Counted from the first letter of the stretch, positions 12,878-26,561 are shown. The stretch is DNA of 64,000 nt from Octopus vulgaris (GCA_951406725.2 OX597819.1:18538001-18602000), one strand, 5' to 3'. Notes: a model not told the origin generated them from the letters alone. Translations and numbers: made by a program.

Positions 12878-13173
12878 GTTTGTTCTCAAGCAATGCCTAG
12901 CTCATAGGGCCGGTTTCTCGATTTCCTTGGTGTATAGGTTCCAAACCTTGATGGGACGCTGGTCCGTCGCAGGTGAGTTGCAAAATGCAGGTGAAAAGAG
13001 TGAGAGAAAGTTGTGGCGAAAGAGTCAGGAGAAATTCGCCATTACCTTCAGCCGGAGCCGCGTGGAGCTCAGGTGTTTCGCTCATAAACACACACATAGC
13101 CCGGTCTGAGATTCAAACCCGCGATCTCTCGACTATGAGTCCGCTGCTCTAACCACTAGGCCATGTGCCTCCA
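12878..13173 (-). mobile_element. tRNA-derived SINE family C (head shared with 22553-22928, different tail)
   Basis: tggaggcacatggcctagtggttagagcagcggactc...gggtttgaatctcagaccggg; body agctccacg...ccacaactttctctcactctt. Confidence 0.8.
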
Positions 13174-13187
13174 CAATGTATATGTAC

Positions 13188-13234
<47 letters not shown>

Positions 13235-14348
13235 CGCACATATATATATACACATATATACACACACATACCCACTCACACACACACACCGCTAAGCAGG
13301 TATAGAGTGGTAGAAATGGAGAGATTGGACTTTAAAGAGTCATGCATTTAGAAATTATCCAGGAGATGGATAAATAAACGGAATGACTACAAAGACGGTT
13401 AATACAAAATGAATTTGCGGTTTGGAACAAAAGACATTTCTCGTGGTGAATCGTGGGAGGAAAGAGTAGAAGGAAGAGTCAAGCTGAGTGAAAAAAAGAG
13501 AGTAAGAGACAAAGAGATCTCCACAATTAAGGACGAGTGGATGAAAAGAGCGATAGAAATAGAAATGAGATGCAAGATTTTGAAATAAAATGTATGTAAA
13601 TAGAAGGAAAAGACTGAAATCGTCATTAATTGGAAGATAAAAGGTATATAAATCCCTCATATACAATTTCAGTTCTACTGTATCTGTTATATTTGATGTA
13701 AATGCACAACTGAAAAGAAATTTACTGCGGTATTCGTTCAGAGATACGGCCTTTTATGAACCTTTAGTTTTTTTAAAATCACAATCTGTATGGAATGGGA
13801 GAAGAAAAATCGTCCCAGTAGCGAACCGGACTGATAAAGAAAGCAACCGAAACGTATGAAGTAAAAAGGCAAGGTAGGTAGATAGGTATGTTGATATGTC
13901 GATACATAGAGAGGAGAATCATAGAGACAAACAGAGAAAGAGAGAGGGGGGGGAGAGAGAGAGTGAAAGAGAGAAAGGTAGGGACACACACATATTTGAA
14001 AAGTAAATAAATAGATAACTTAATGAGTAAATAAAAAAAAAGTGTCCAGTAGAATGGTCAATTGAAAAACAGTGGACGGTTTGAGATTCTCGTGGAACCT
14101 TGAAGGTGTCGAGAGAAGCAAAGGCTATCGGCAGGAGCATTTTCTTGTACAGTCTTGGGTTAATAGCCATGGTTGGTGTATCGACTTACAATATAGCATG
14201 GAACAATTCAACAACCTTTGTTGAGTTCTTGTCTTGTATCAGATTCAAAGATCTATTTCAAGTCTCAATAAGTTGCGGGACATAAAAAACTATACAAATT
14301 TTTCAAGTGGTGTAAGTATACATATGCAAACGTATGAGAGATTTAGCA

Positions 14349-14349
<1 letters not shown>

Positions 14350-14425
<76 letters not shown>

Positions 14426-14446
14426 CCAGAATCTATCTATCGATCG

Positions 14447-14539
<93 letters not shown>

Positions 14540-15011
14540 GCTAGCTAGCTAGCTAGCTAGCTAGCTAGCTACCTAGCTAGCTATCTAACGACCTACCCAT
14601 TCATCCATACATCCATCCACCTATCAATCTATCTATCTATTTATCTGTCCATCCGTCTGTCTGTCTGTCTGTTCGTCCGTCTGTCCGCTTGTGCGTACGT
14701 CCGTCTGTATGTCTGTCTGTCTATCTATCTATCTTGCTATGTACTTACCGATCTGTTTGTTTGTCGATCAGCGCGTGTATCTCTGCACGTGACACGTTTG
14801 AGTTTGAGTGTGTGTGTGTGTGTGCTTGTGGTAGGATCTTGGTATCTATATACATAAATATGTATATGAATTTCTCTTTTTCTGTCTCTATACACACTCA
14901 TACACGCACACACATGCATATATGTAAATAAATATATATAAGTATATATATATATACATATATATCAACATATATGTGTATATATATATATACATTTATA
15001 TCATGTATGTA

Positions 15012-15105
<94 letters not shown>
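14350..15105. repeat. Compound microsatellite (TA)n/(TATC)n/(TAGC)n/(TA)n
   Basis: Read directly from the sequence. Confidence 0.95.
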
Positions 15106-15107
<2 letters not shown>

Positions 15108-15920
15108 TATCAATATTTTTGTATATATATATATACGTATGAGTGTCAGTGCGTGTTCTTTTCTTTGTGCATAATACATGCATACATACATATATGTTCA
15201 CAAACACATACACACACCCATGTGCGCACATATATTGTTTACCGTTCAGGAGGGACGATGCAATGGTCTGGGAAAATTGAGTAAATTTAGCAACCAGCCC
15301 GTTCATTTCCTAATGGCGTTAATTTGAACTGGAATCTCTTATCAGATATACACCGGAAGATGAAGGTAGGCTTCCGGTTCGAGCCAAACGAGGTAATGAC
15401 CCGTCTTCATAGGGACAGTGTATCAAAGTAATGAATTCTGGTTTGATAGAAGATTAAGGAAAGCGATCGTATTAAGATTACCGGCTTTCTGCTTGATTTG
15501 CTTCTGTGCAAGAGCGGGCGGTATGATGGTTTGCGAAAAGTATGCTGTATCTGAATGCTAGCATCTGCCTTCTCGTATAATATTGACTTTCAAACAACAA
15601 TGGACGCATTCAGTCATTGCTTAATTTCTATTAATTCTTGAGAAACTGCTGTATAAAGAGACTATGAATATGAATGGCGGACAGACAGATAAATAAGTGG
15701 ATAGAAAGACAGATATAGACAGAAAGGAATGAGACAGAGAGAAAGAGACGGTTAAGAAAGCGGGGGAGAGAGAGAGAGAGAGAGGGAGATGTACGGACAG
15801 GGAATTATAGTGGAAGAGAGGAAGTGGATAAGCGGGTTTGTGTGTGTGTGTGTGGCAGAGTTACACATGTTGGAGTGAATGTAGTTTGGTATACAGAGTG
15901 ATACACTGGTGCATACATAC

Positions 15921-15962
<42 letters not shown>

Positions 15963-16104
15963 AGTCTCCCCATACATATATATATATCTATATATATATA
16001 TATAGATAGATAGATAGATATATATATGTATATATATATATATACATATATATACATATATATAAATACATATATGTATACATATATAGATATATATATA
16101 TAAG

Positions 16105-16154
<50 letters not shown>

Positions 16155-16182
16155 GTGTATATATATAAACATATATACATGC

Positions 16183-16219
<37 letters not shown>

Positions 16220-16288
16220 TCTACGTACATATATGTACATTAACAAACACACTCACTGGCACACGGTAAGGAATCAGTAAACAGAGAA

Positions 16289-16325
<37 letters not shown>

Positions 16326-17168
16326 CAGACACACAGACAGAGAGACAGAGAGGGAGGAAGAGTTCAGAAGAGCAAGATCAATAGGGAGTAAAGTATGAGG
16401 GTGGGTGAGACATTTACTTTATGTTTCATAAAATTAAGAGGAGGGGGTTATATATATATATATATATACTGATATATATATATATATATAGTAAATGATA
16501 GGATATTTATATATATAACTGTGTATTTCGATGTATGAGAAGGAGAGCTGGAGAGAACGGGGTGAGAAACGATGAATATATAATGGGGTAGTCATAGAGA
16601 GTTAACAGAGAGGACGTGAATTAGATTGAAAGAGAGAGGACAGGAGAGGGGTTGGTCCGAATATTTGAAAACGTAGAATTAAATAAAGATTGAGGCTGTT
16701 GAGAGAGAGAGAGAGGGGAACAGAGGAAGAGAGATGGAGAGAGAGAGCAAGTAGAGAAATGGTGGGTAGAGAGACGGTTGATTTATATATAGTTTATAAT
16801 TGTGGACAGAGCGGAATATGTAAAAGAGGGGTAGTGTGAGAGGGCGAGACAGTGCGAGGAACGAAATAGCGGAATATATAAAAGGAGGGATGGGAAACTA
16901 TAGGGGGGGGACAGTAAGTAATAGGCAGCGGCAGGAGGAAGAGATCTGTGATGAGATTCGAAACTATAGGAGACAAAAGCGAGAGAAGAGATAGGAGAAT
17001 GAATGAGATTGAAAGACAGAGAGAGAGACTGAGTGATTGAAGAGAGAGGATGAAGAGGTGTAGGAGAGGGTGGTGAAGAAAATATCGGTTTTGTGAAGAA
17101 GGTGAGGAATTGTGTATAACATGTGAAATGAAAGGAAAGAGGCACATCTCTCACTTTCGATATTGATT

Positions 17169-17199
<31 letters not shown>

Positions 17200-17382
17200 A
17201 TCTGTCTCTGTACATGGGTGTGTGTCTGCGTGCATGCGTGTACACCCATGCACACGTATCTTTTTTCACATTCATATTGAACTAGCACAAGTCTTGTATA
17301 TTGTACCAAATCACCCAATACACAGGTTGTTTCGTATCATTTCGATTTCGGTTAGTATTATTTTAAAGAACATTTCATATTA

Positions 17383-17560
17383 CTATAGTTAAGAGATGAG
17401 GTATTATGTACATTATTTACATTATTTACATTTGACAGATATCTGTCCTCATCTTTTTTGTTGTTAACAACGTTTCAGCTGATATACCCTCCAGCCTCCT
17501 TCAGGTGTTTTGGGGAAACTTCGATCCTTTTTTTTTTTCATTCCTACCGTAATTTTTCGA

Positions 17561-17623
<63 letters not shown>

Positions 17624-17702
17624 TGTTATGATTACTACTATTATTACTATTATTCAGGTCACTGCCTGGAAATGAACTCGGAATCTTGTAGCCCGCGCTC
17701 TT
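17383..17702 (-). mobile_element. Stand-alone Penelope terminal module: truncated tRNA-like head, (AAT)n, hammerhead motif, pseudo-LTR
   Basis: Reverse complement reads agagcgcgggctacaagattccgagttcatttccaggcagtgacctgaa-(aat)n-catcgaaaaat...acacCTGAAGGaggctggagggtatatcagctGAAAcgttg...cataatacctcatctcttaa. It is homologous to 6191-6440, and no Penelope coding sequence is adjacent. Confidence 0.85.
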
Positions 17703-19456
17703 TCATATGTTCACACTTCACATGTTCATTGTTCAAATTTCGTCCAAACTGATTCTAACTTCCATCCTTCTGCGGTCGCTAAAAGAAGTCTGAATTACAC
17801 GTTCCAATTTATTTAAGACTTTAAAAGGTTGCTACCATCCTGTGAAATTATCTTAGCCTTAGTGATCGGTTATATTGACAGAAGAACAGATATATTTACG
17901 ATAAAATTTGGTCAGATTCCGTCACTGGGATTTATATTAATCGAGGGATGCAATGTGATCAAATGGTCAATAAATGTGCTTCCAATCACCAAGTAGTATT
18001 TGAATCGCATCTTCGATGCTAACCATTAAGATTCTAAATTAAAATGGGCAAGCGTTAAATATTTGCAGCTTCTGACAAAGTTTGATCTGAGTATACAATC
18101 TATTAACAGGTTTATTGGTACTTTCTGAAAAGGCAAAATAAAAGCCATGCAATCTTGAAAAGCGAGAGTGTTTAAAGTGTTCAACGATAAATATTTCCTG
18201 AAAAACTGCCGGCTGTGTGTGGAGGAGGGGATGACGTATGACATATGTGCTTTTATTGTAGTTCCTGGAGGGGTTGCAATCACAATCGATCCCGATCGCA
18301 TTGGATATAAAACATAACGGGGTACGATTGTAAGTTATATAGAGATTTCTTAAGGTGTCAACTGGCAGAATCGTTCGCGCGTCGGGCAAAATCCCTAACC
18401 GGATTTTTTCCGAATTTCGCGTTCAAAATTCATCGCGGTTAACGCTACATTTTACATGGGGTAAAAACAAGTCCTAGGGTCAATGTAATCGAGTTGTGAC
18501 CGTCTCTCAAAGCTGCTGGCTTTGAACTGCGACACGAGTAGACGCCAAATACAGAGGCAATATCGTGTTCTCTGCCATTTGTATATCATGCAAATCGTGT
18601 AGGAGGCCCTATGAGATTTAGAGTAGAAAGACAAGAGCCAAATAATGGATATAGAAGGTTGCTCAACCATCTGCCCCACCAAACAGGACTTCATATCCAT
18701 AGAATATTCAAATACAAAAAGTAGCCACAAAGCCGCCAATTGGCCAGTAATTACAAACACATTTCCACTTTTCTTATTGGTTATTCAGATATTGTTCTCC
18801 CCCTCTCTCTCTTTCTTCCTTTCTATCTTTTATTCCCTCTCTTTCTCTCTCCCTCCCATTGTTCATCTTAGCTGTTAGAATCGTCAAAACTCATTGTTTA
18901 GCGATTCAGCAAAAGAGAGCAATCCGAGAATCTCAACGATATCTCGAATTTATATCCATCAAGATAATACAGTTGAAGATTATTTTTCATTAGATTAAAG
19001 TCACTCAAGTTGTTTTGATAAACAATTAATTCTAGTAAATAAATTATACGCTGTATATTAATTTAACAAATGGAATGCGAATTAAATTGCCATCATTTGT
19101 TGTCAAGCATTAAGAGGATGCGGCGATCAGATTAGAAAGCACTTTATCAAAAAAACGTTAATAGATAATCTATTAAGCAAATATGGAAGCTACGTTAGAC
19201 ATTTGAAGAACAGATGTAAAGGGGGAATAATTTGTAATAGCGATAAACACATACCTTTTCTCAGAAGCCACAGCTGTATCGTAATCCCTTCTATTGGATC
19301 GCAATATCTGTATTTGCAATTAATTGTATTTAACGAAATAATGAAAGCGAAGTTGAAGGCGAATTGATTTTTTTAATAGTATTTGCTACACTTCTATCGT
19401 ATTTTGTTCCTTGTTTTCATTTATTTTATATTTACACACACACACAAGCACACGCA

Positions 19457-19523
<67 letters not shown>

Positions 19524-19589
19524 GCGTGTGCTTGTATGTGTGTATGATTGACTCCCGATTTGAAGACGATGCATGCGCGTTCAACTATC

Positions 19590-19732
19590 GCTGAATGACC
19601 TGCACCTGTGACTCGTTTATAGTGATAAAGTGTTTTGCTCAAGGACACAACGCACTATTCGGTATAGGATTTGAAACCACGATCTCTCGATCGTGAGTCC
19701 AACATCCTGATCGCTATGATATGCGCCCTCAC
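19590..19732 (-). mobile_element. Degenerate 5' part of tRNA-derived SINE family D
   Basis: gtgagggcgcat...ggactcacgatcgagagatcgtggtttcaaatcc...gtgtccttgagcaaaacacttta matches 60447-60786. Confidence 0.65.
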
Positions 19733-19742
19733 GTACATGCAT

Positions 19743-19783
<41 letters not shown>

Positions 19784-19819
19784 CATATATATGTATGAAT
19801 ATATCCATATGAATATATG

Positions 19820-20035
19820 TAAAGTTAATCCAAACAAGAAAACACAAAAAGACAAAAAAACACAACAACGCGAGGACGTGGAACAAATAAAGTATTATTG
19901 GACGCTCAGGAAAGAAGGGAAGAAGGAGGGTTTAACGTTTCGAGCGGAGCTCTTCGTCAGAAACATAGGAGAAGGAAAGATCCCGAGAAGGGAAGACAGA
20001 GGAAAGAAATCACCAACGGTACTCACGAGGTCGCA
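19820..20035 (-). mobile_element. Short non-coding hammerhead-bearing element (solo pseudo-LTR / retrozyme-like) in a (TA)n tract
   Basis: Contains gttt-CTGACGA-a-gagc(tcc)gctc-GAAA-cgtt-aaac followed by ttcctgagcgt. Relatives at 24795-24985, 28985-29130 and 29170-29330. Confidence 0.75.
19930..19964 (-). ncRNA. Minimal type I hammerhead ribozyme, intact core
   Basis: Stem I guuu/aaac, core CUGACGA, stem II gagc/gcuc, GAAA, and palindromic AACGUU in place of stem III. Confidence 0.8.
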
Positions 20036-20105
20036 TATATATACATAGACATATATACATGTATATATATATATATATACATATATGTATATATGTATAT
20101 ATATA

Positions 20106-20710
20106 CAGGGGTTGGACAAAATAGTGGGAACACCTAGCATCATTCCATCATAATATTGAAATATCTATAAAACCGTTAAACGCTTGCTTATCAATATATT
20201 TTGCTAAAGTTGCCGTTTCTTTTCAGATATCATCAGAAAAAGGTTATTAAAATTCATTAAAATGAGAGATCTATCGGACTTTCAAAGCGGTGAGATTGTT
20301 AGTGCTCGTATGGCATGCGCTAGCGTAACGAAAACAGCCGAAATGTATCAAGAAGTACTGTCTCAAAAATAATTACAGCCTTTGAGAAAGGGGAAAAAAC
20401 CTCTTCCTCGAAACAAAACTCCGGAAGAAAACCAAAACATTCAGATAGGGACCGCCGGACACTTACGTGAATTGCTAGAAAGGATCACAAAAGTACAGCT
20501 CCCAACATTACTGCAAAGCTTAATGGCCGCCTCGAGAACCCAGTTTCCACAAAAACTGTTCGCCGGGAGCTGCACAAAGCCGGATTTCATGGAAGGGCAG
20601 CAATCAGAAAATCACTATTTTCAAAAACAAACGTTGCAAAGCGTTTAGAGTGGATAAAACCTACAGAATTGGTCCCTAAAGCACTGGAAGACTGATGTTT
20701 CCTCGGACTG
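20106..20710 (+). mobile_element. Tc1-family DNA transposon, 5' half (left TIR + paired/HTH domain), truncated
   Basis: TA|caggggttggacaaaata end. From about 20262 it translates as MRDLSDFQSGEIVSARM...VSRSTVSKI...NSGRKPK.SDRDRR...PVSTKTVRRELHKAGFHGRAAIRK...KRLEW, with frameshifts. It stops around the first catalytic D, and no right TIR is seen. Confidence 0.85.
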
Positions 20711-20778
20711 GTACGCTATTTATCAATCCGAAACTGATAAAAAGGCATTTTTAATGTTAACGGTATTTTGACATAGAA

Positions 20779-21385
20779 AGGCGGTGAGCTGGCAGAATAG
20801 TTAACACGCCAGGCGAAATACTTAGCGGTATTTCGTCTGCGTTACGTTGTGAGTTCAAATTCCGCCGAGGTCGACTTTGCCTTTCATCCTTTCGGGGTCG
20901 ATAAATTAAGTACCAGTTACGAACTGGGGTCGATGTAATCGACTTAATACCTATGTCTGTCCTTGTTTGTTCCCTCTGTGTTTAGCCCCTTGTGGGTAAA
21001 AAAGAAATAAGTATTTCGTCTGCTGCTACATTCTGAGTTCAAATTCCGCCGAGGTCGGCTTTGCCTTTCATCTTTTCAGGGTCGATAAATTAAGTACCAG
21101 TTACGCACTGGGGTCGATGTAATCGGCTTAATCCGTTTGTCTATCCTTGTTTGTCCCCTCTGTATTTAGCCCCTTGTGGGTAGTAAATAAATTGGCATTT
21201 CGTCTGCCGCTACGTTCTGAGTTCAAATTCCGCCGAGGTCGGCTTTGCCTTTCATCCTACAGGTGTCGATAAATTAAGTAGCAGTTACGCACTGGTGTCG
21301 AAGCAATCGACTTAATCCGTTTGTCTGTCCTTGTTTGTCCTCTCTGTGTTTACTCCCTTGTCGGTAGTAAAGAAATAAGTATTTG
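20779..21385 (+). mobile_element. Tandem array of SINE family A: one A-box head plus three units of about 183 nt
   Basis: Unit starts gtatttcgtctgc at about 20828, 21011 and 21195, closing gtattt at about 21379. Confidence 0.92.
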
Positions 21386-22552
21386 GACATAGAGTGTAGA
21401 GGACTAGGAATATTTCCACAAACAATTTATCCAATGTTGGAACGATTTTAGGAATTGTGCGTGTGCGTGTGTGCCTGTACATACACACTTTCATGTGTAA
21501 GCAAATGAAAAACATTAACGTCAGTATTGTCACAGTTGGATATCCATTAGCCATGTGTCTACTCCATTTCATTTGACCTTGGGTTAAACGTAATAAAATA
21601 AAACAACATAATGCCTAAGATTATAAACATTTGCTTTCTTACCCGAAATTGTAGCGACATATTTAATCCCATTAGACTTAGAACAAGCTAGAAAAAATTA
21701 TACATTGCCATCTGTGATTGTATTTATATGTCCAAAGAAGAACAGGTTGGTCAAATTCGGTGACCCGTTTCAGCTGCGATTGTCTATACTGTACTAACTT
21801 TGAGCTGGGGCTCCTCAAGAACAAAACAAAACAGGACAACTAAAAGTACAAAATAAGTTGATACAAAACTCATTGTCTCTTCTCACACACTCTACTCTCC
21901 AACGTACAGCATTCTTACTCTCTCGAAATATTTTAATGCTGCCGAGAATAATGCAGAATTACTAGCTTCCACAACTGAAAGAATAAACAAACTGTTCAGT
22001 CTCACTTTATTTCGCTGTCTGCCAGGCCCTCCGCCAGTCTGTGTGCCTGTCTCTCAGTCTGTCTGTCTAGCCTTCTGTCTGTCAGTCTCGCGATCTCTTT
22101 CACTCTCTCACTCTCTCTCTCTCTGCCTGCCTGTCTGTCTCTCCCTCTCCTCTCTCTCTCTCTCTCTCTTTCCCTCGTTCCTGAAATAGAATAACCTAAT
22201 TATGTTATTTCACAAGATAATACGAAATTCGATATTTGTCGTGGAAAATGTCCGTAATGCCATCGTTTTAGTATTGATTTCTAAACGAGACACACAATAG
22301 CAAATATCGAAGGACAGTACAGTCGATACAATATACGTCAGAACTTCAATGGTACCTTATTTTCCGACTAAAATATGATCAAAGACAAAGTTGACCTCCG
22401 CTTAATTTCGGCCCAGGGCCTAAAGGGACGTCATTTAATAAATCAAGGTTTATTTTCACCAAATGCTAACGGATCTGCTAAACCAGTACGCATGCTCAAG
22501 CTTTAGCCAAATTGTGTCACCAGTGGAAACACGGGTATAATTATTTGAATCA

Positions 22553-22928
22553 TGGAGGCGCAATGACCCAGTGGTTAGGGCAGCGGACTCGCGGTCGTAG
22601 GGTCGGAGTTTCGATTCCCAGACAGGGCGTTGTAAATATTTATTGAGCGAAAATATCTAAAGCTCCACGAGGCACCGGCAGTGGGTGTTGGCGAAGCCTG
22701 CTGTATTCTTTCACCACAACTTTCTCTCACTCTTTCTTACTATTTCTGTTGTATCTGTATTTCAAAGGGCCAGCCTTGTCACACTCCGTGTCACGCTAAA
22801 TCTCCCCGATAATTATGTTAAGGGTACACGTGTCTGTGGAGTGCTCAGCCACTTGCACGCTAATTTCACGAGCAGGCTGTTCTATTGACAGGATCACCTG
22901 GAACCCCCGTCGTCCGAAGGAGTGCCAA
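22553..22928 (+). mobile_element. tRNA-derived SINE family C, full length (resembles octopus OR-type tRNA-Arg SINEs)
   Basis: tggaggcgcaatgacccagtggttagggcagcggactcgcggtc...tttcgattcccagac head; tail gtgctcagccacttgcacgctaatttcacgagcaggctg. Confidence 0.85.
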
Positions 22929-23532
22929 ATATCTCAATCATAGCTAACTCTACACGTTACAGAAAACAACGTAAAATAGAACACATTTGTATTCGGTAAA
23001 ACGTAGAACATTCCCTTTCAGGTTGTGACCTTTATCGGGGACGCGAACAGTGATAAGAGGGTATTAACTGGCATGGTAGAACTGAGGGCAAAAGGAGTAA
23101 AATCATTGGGAGAAGATTTGTCTATGTGGAGGCCATGGTCGGACAAAGTCACTTCTGCAAAAAACGGATGGAGATGAAACTGAATAGGGGATATCGGAAA
23201 AAGCTGTATTGGAGACGAATGTATACAGTTTTAAAGAATGGATGTAAATATGTATAGGCACGTGTTTAGACCTTACATATACAAATATACTGACAGACAT
23301 GGAGGAAGTTAATTTATGTTCGAGTACAGCTGCTTCTAATGAACAGATGTTGGTTCGTAGAGAGCAGCAGCAGCAGCAGCAGCGGAGGAGGATGATGTGG
23401 TGCATTCGATCGAAGATTATATTCATACAGACAGAAACATATGCGCAAACATACATACGCACACACAAACACACGCACAATTGCAGATATGTGTGCGTTC
23501 CTGCAGATATGTATATATACCCATATATACAC

Positions 23533-23571
<39 letters not shown>

Positions 23572-23607
23572 TTCCCCCTCATATATATTTATATATATAC
23601 ATATGTA

Positions 23608-23653
<46 letters not shown>

Positions 23654-24794
23654 CACATATATACATATATACATGCATGTGTGTTTATATGTGATTTATA
23701 ATTTGTAAAGCAAGTTACAACCATATGTTAACGAAGTATAGTATTACACTCGCTGTGATATCAGATCTCGTGGTTCAAGAACATGGTTTGTAGCAGCCAG
23801 GAGGTAATAATGGTTCACTAGTCTCGGTTGTTATTAAAACCTCGTGAATCATTGAAAATATGAGAACCATAAGTTTCAAAAACATTTTCTTGTATAACTG
23901 TTTACGAATTTGATATATGAAGAGTGATGTTTTGACGGTGTAATACCATAATGTGTAATGTCAACTTTGTATCCGACGCGTAAATGTGACAAGACTTTAC
24001 CTTCCTTTGTTTATAATTCCAGTATGTACTTTGGCAGGAATCTCTCAAAGACTAACAGTAATCAAATGAATCTACTAGTTAGTTAAATGAATTAAAACTC
24101 AAATAAATCGGCACCATTTTGTTTCTATCTTGTTTTTGAAAGTTCTGTAGGGTATTTTAAATTTTTCCAAGACATCTTTGTAGTGATATGAACACCAGAG
24201 ATGTTTTTGCCCCACACAGAAACATGCTGAAACTGCGCTCAGCTATGCATGAACTTCGGAAAACTTTCAGTTAACATGAAGAGGAATATAAGGGTTACAA
24301 GTGGTTCGTCCCTTCGCCTCTACGTTTGACCTAAATGGAGCAGCGAGTTTTAAATTAGTCTTCACCTGAAGAAGAACCCTTCTGTTGTCAACCGCAGCCC
24401 TTTTGATCTGTTGGCATGCTTATCACAAGTATATGATAAGAATTGTAGTACAAAGATAGGACACGGGTACGTGGTTGAACAGAACGTTGTTGAATAGAAG
24501 AAACACAATACGGACGAAACAAATACACCCCATCATCAGCTGTCGACCAAACTTGCACAGAATTTCGACACTTAAGGATCATATTGTTCAAAATAGAAAG
24601 AAACTGGACGGTAGAACAATCAATTCAAAACCAGAACGGGTAACATAAGAAATCGAAAGGCCTTATGGTAGCTTGTAGGAGATGAGGAAAGGCAGGGGCA
24701 AATAAACGCAGAAGGAGAAAGTGTGAGAGAGAGGTAAAGAGTGTGTATGTGTGTTATATATATATATATATATAAAAGAGAGAGAGAGAGAGGG

Positions 24795-24985
24795 AGAGTT
24801 TACGAGAAAAAACAAAAGACGAAGACAGGTGGTGTACAAAACAAACAGGTGTATTAGTATAACGCTCAGGAATAGAAAAAGTATTTTACGTTTCGAGCCT
24901 ACGCTCTTCTACAGAAAGGGACACAGAAAAAACAAGGAGAGAGAAAAAATTGTGTAGTGGCTAACGATCTATCATGCCGACTGTA
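24795..24985 (-). mobile_element. Short hammerhead-bearing element, CUGUAGA variant
   Basis: Reverse complement gtccctttCTGTAGAagagcgtaggctcGAAAcgtaaaatac...ttcctgagcgttatactaatacacctgtttgt, homologous to 29170-29330. Confidence 0.7.
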
Positions 24986-25031
24986 TATATATGTGTATAT
25001 ATATATGTATATATATATATATATATATATA

Positions 25032-25074
<43 letters not shown>

Positions 25075-26561
25075 TACGTAAATGCCATATGTATATATAT
25101 GTGTGTGTGTGTATACACGCATAGGGAATGCAAGAAACATCTGCATCTTCTACAGGCAGCGTTTGTTTCTTGGGGGAACAATGGCAGAATATTTATGAAC
25201 GAGAAATAAGGCTGAATCAGTCATGCTTGGCACAAATTTGAAACCGGTTCTTGTATGCTTTTATTTCCTATGTTTACTCATATAGCTAGCTTTATTGATG
25301 TAAGCTGTCGATATCTGCAACGTTGTTAATATTTACCTGAAGGTGAGAATCGATTGTATTATTCTGATATACATGTCTATTGAATATGGTAATATTAACA
25401 TGACCAAATGGGAATCTCCGTCTACTCAGCCAACTAGAAATGGCAGTTAAATCACCATCATATTACAGATTTTTGTAGTCTCGCATATACACAAAAGAAA
25501 AGATAATTAAATTTGGAAATCTAGCTATCATAGGTCTGATCGACAAGAAAAAGAGATGATACCTGAGGAATGAACTACGAATATAGATATGTAATCGAAA
25601 CTGGTAATTAAGTTACTGTGATGTTCTCCTCAAATGATATTCTAATTTTGTGTTTATAATTAGAAAAATAAACACACAGAGAATTGCTAGTATATATGTG
25701 CGATTAACCATTTCTGAAGTTCATTAGTTTGTGTCGGTGAAGTGGAATAAGGAATTGAAACCGGGTCATAGAATTAATGTTCATGGTGCTTAGTTCACGC
25801 TACTACACTGTAATAATGACAAATTTGGCATTCTTTGTAAAGAGGAAATAAAATTGCAGATTTCGATTCGAACATAAAACTTAACCATCTTTAACAACGC
25901 TATAGAATATATTCTTTATAATTCGGCGTTTTAATAGCACATTCGGTCAATTTCTAACAACTCTTCACATTTATCCTGTTCGCCAAATATTCCAGTTTAA
26001 TGAAGCATTAATATAATGACCATTCGTTCTACTTTGTTGGAAGAAACTCATCAACTTCCACGAGACAATACCATTACTCACCTCACTAAAGCTCTCTACT
26101 ATTTCCTCTTTCATTCCACCTCAACGTTAATCCTGTCTCATCCTCACCTTCTCTCTCTCTCTCTCTTTGCAATTACCAAGGTTTATGGCTGAAACACATT
26201 GAAATGCATGAGAAAGAAATGAAATGTTAGAAGGAAATTTCCTATTTAAATTCCTAAATCCAATGATTTAACATCTAAATTCCTGCGTAGTTAGTCTGCC
26301 ACACCGGTTTGTCAGTCGGCCTCCGAAAACACACAAAAGAAAATGATTCGTTACAAACACGTGAATACTGATTTATTTTTATGGATGCGAAGATGTAAAG
26401 GTTTGGCTTTTTTCTCAAGGACTTAGACTTTCTACAGATATGAAACCGTATTCATATTAAGTTGAGTTGGAGTATGGACATACAAGGTCCATCAATGCAA
26501 CGTCGGTGCTGTCTTGATCATTTATACATTGCAGAGAAACATACCATAAAGCAGATTTTCC

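Noticed and set aside
20779-21385. Regular repeats that could suggest a CRISPR array
   Set aside because: The units are whole ~183-nt SINE bodies with no unique spacers, in a eukaryotic context with no cas genes.
24360-24400. cacctgaagaag resembling a hammerhead 5' core
   Set aside because: No downstream stem II or GAAA.
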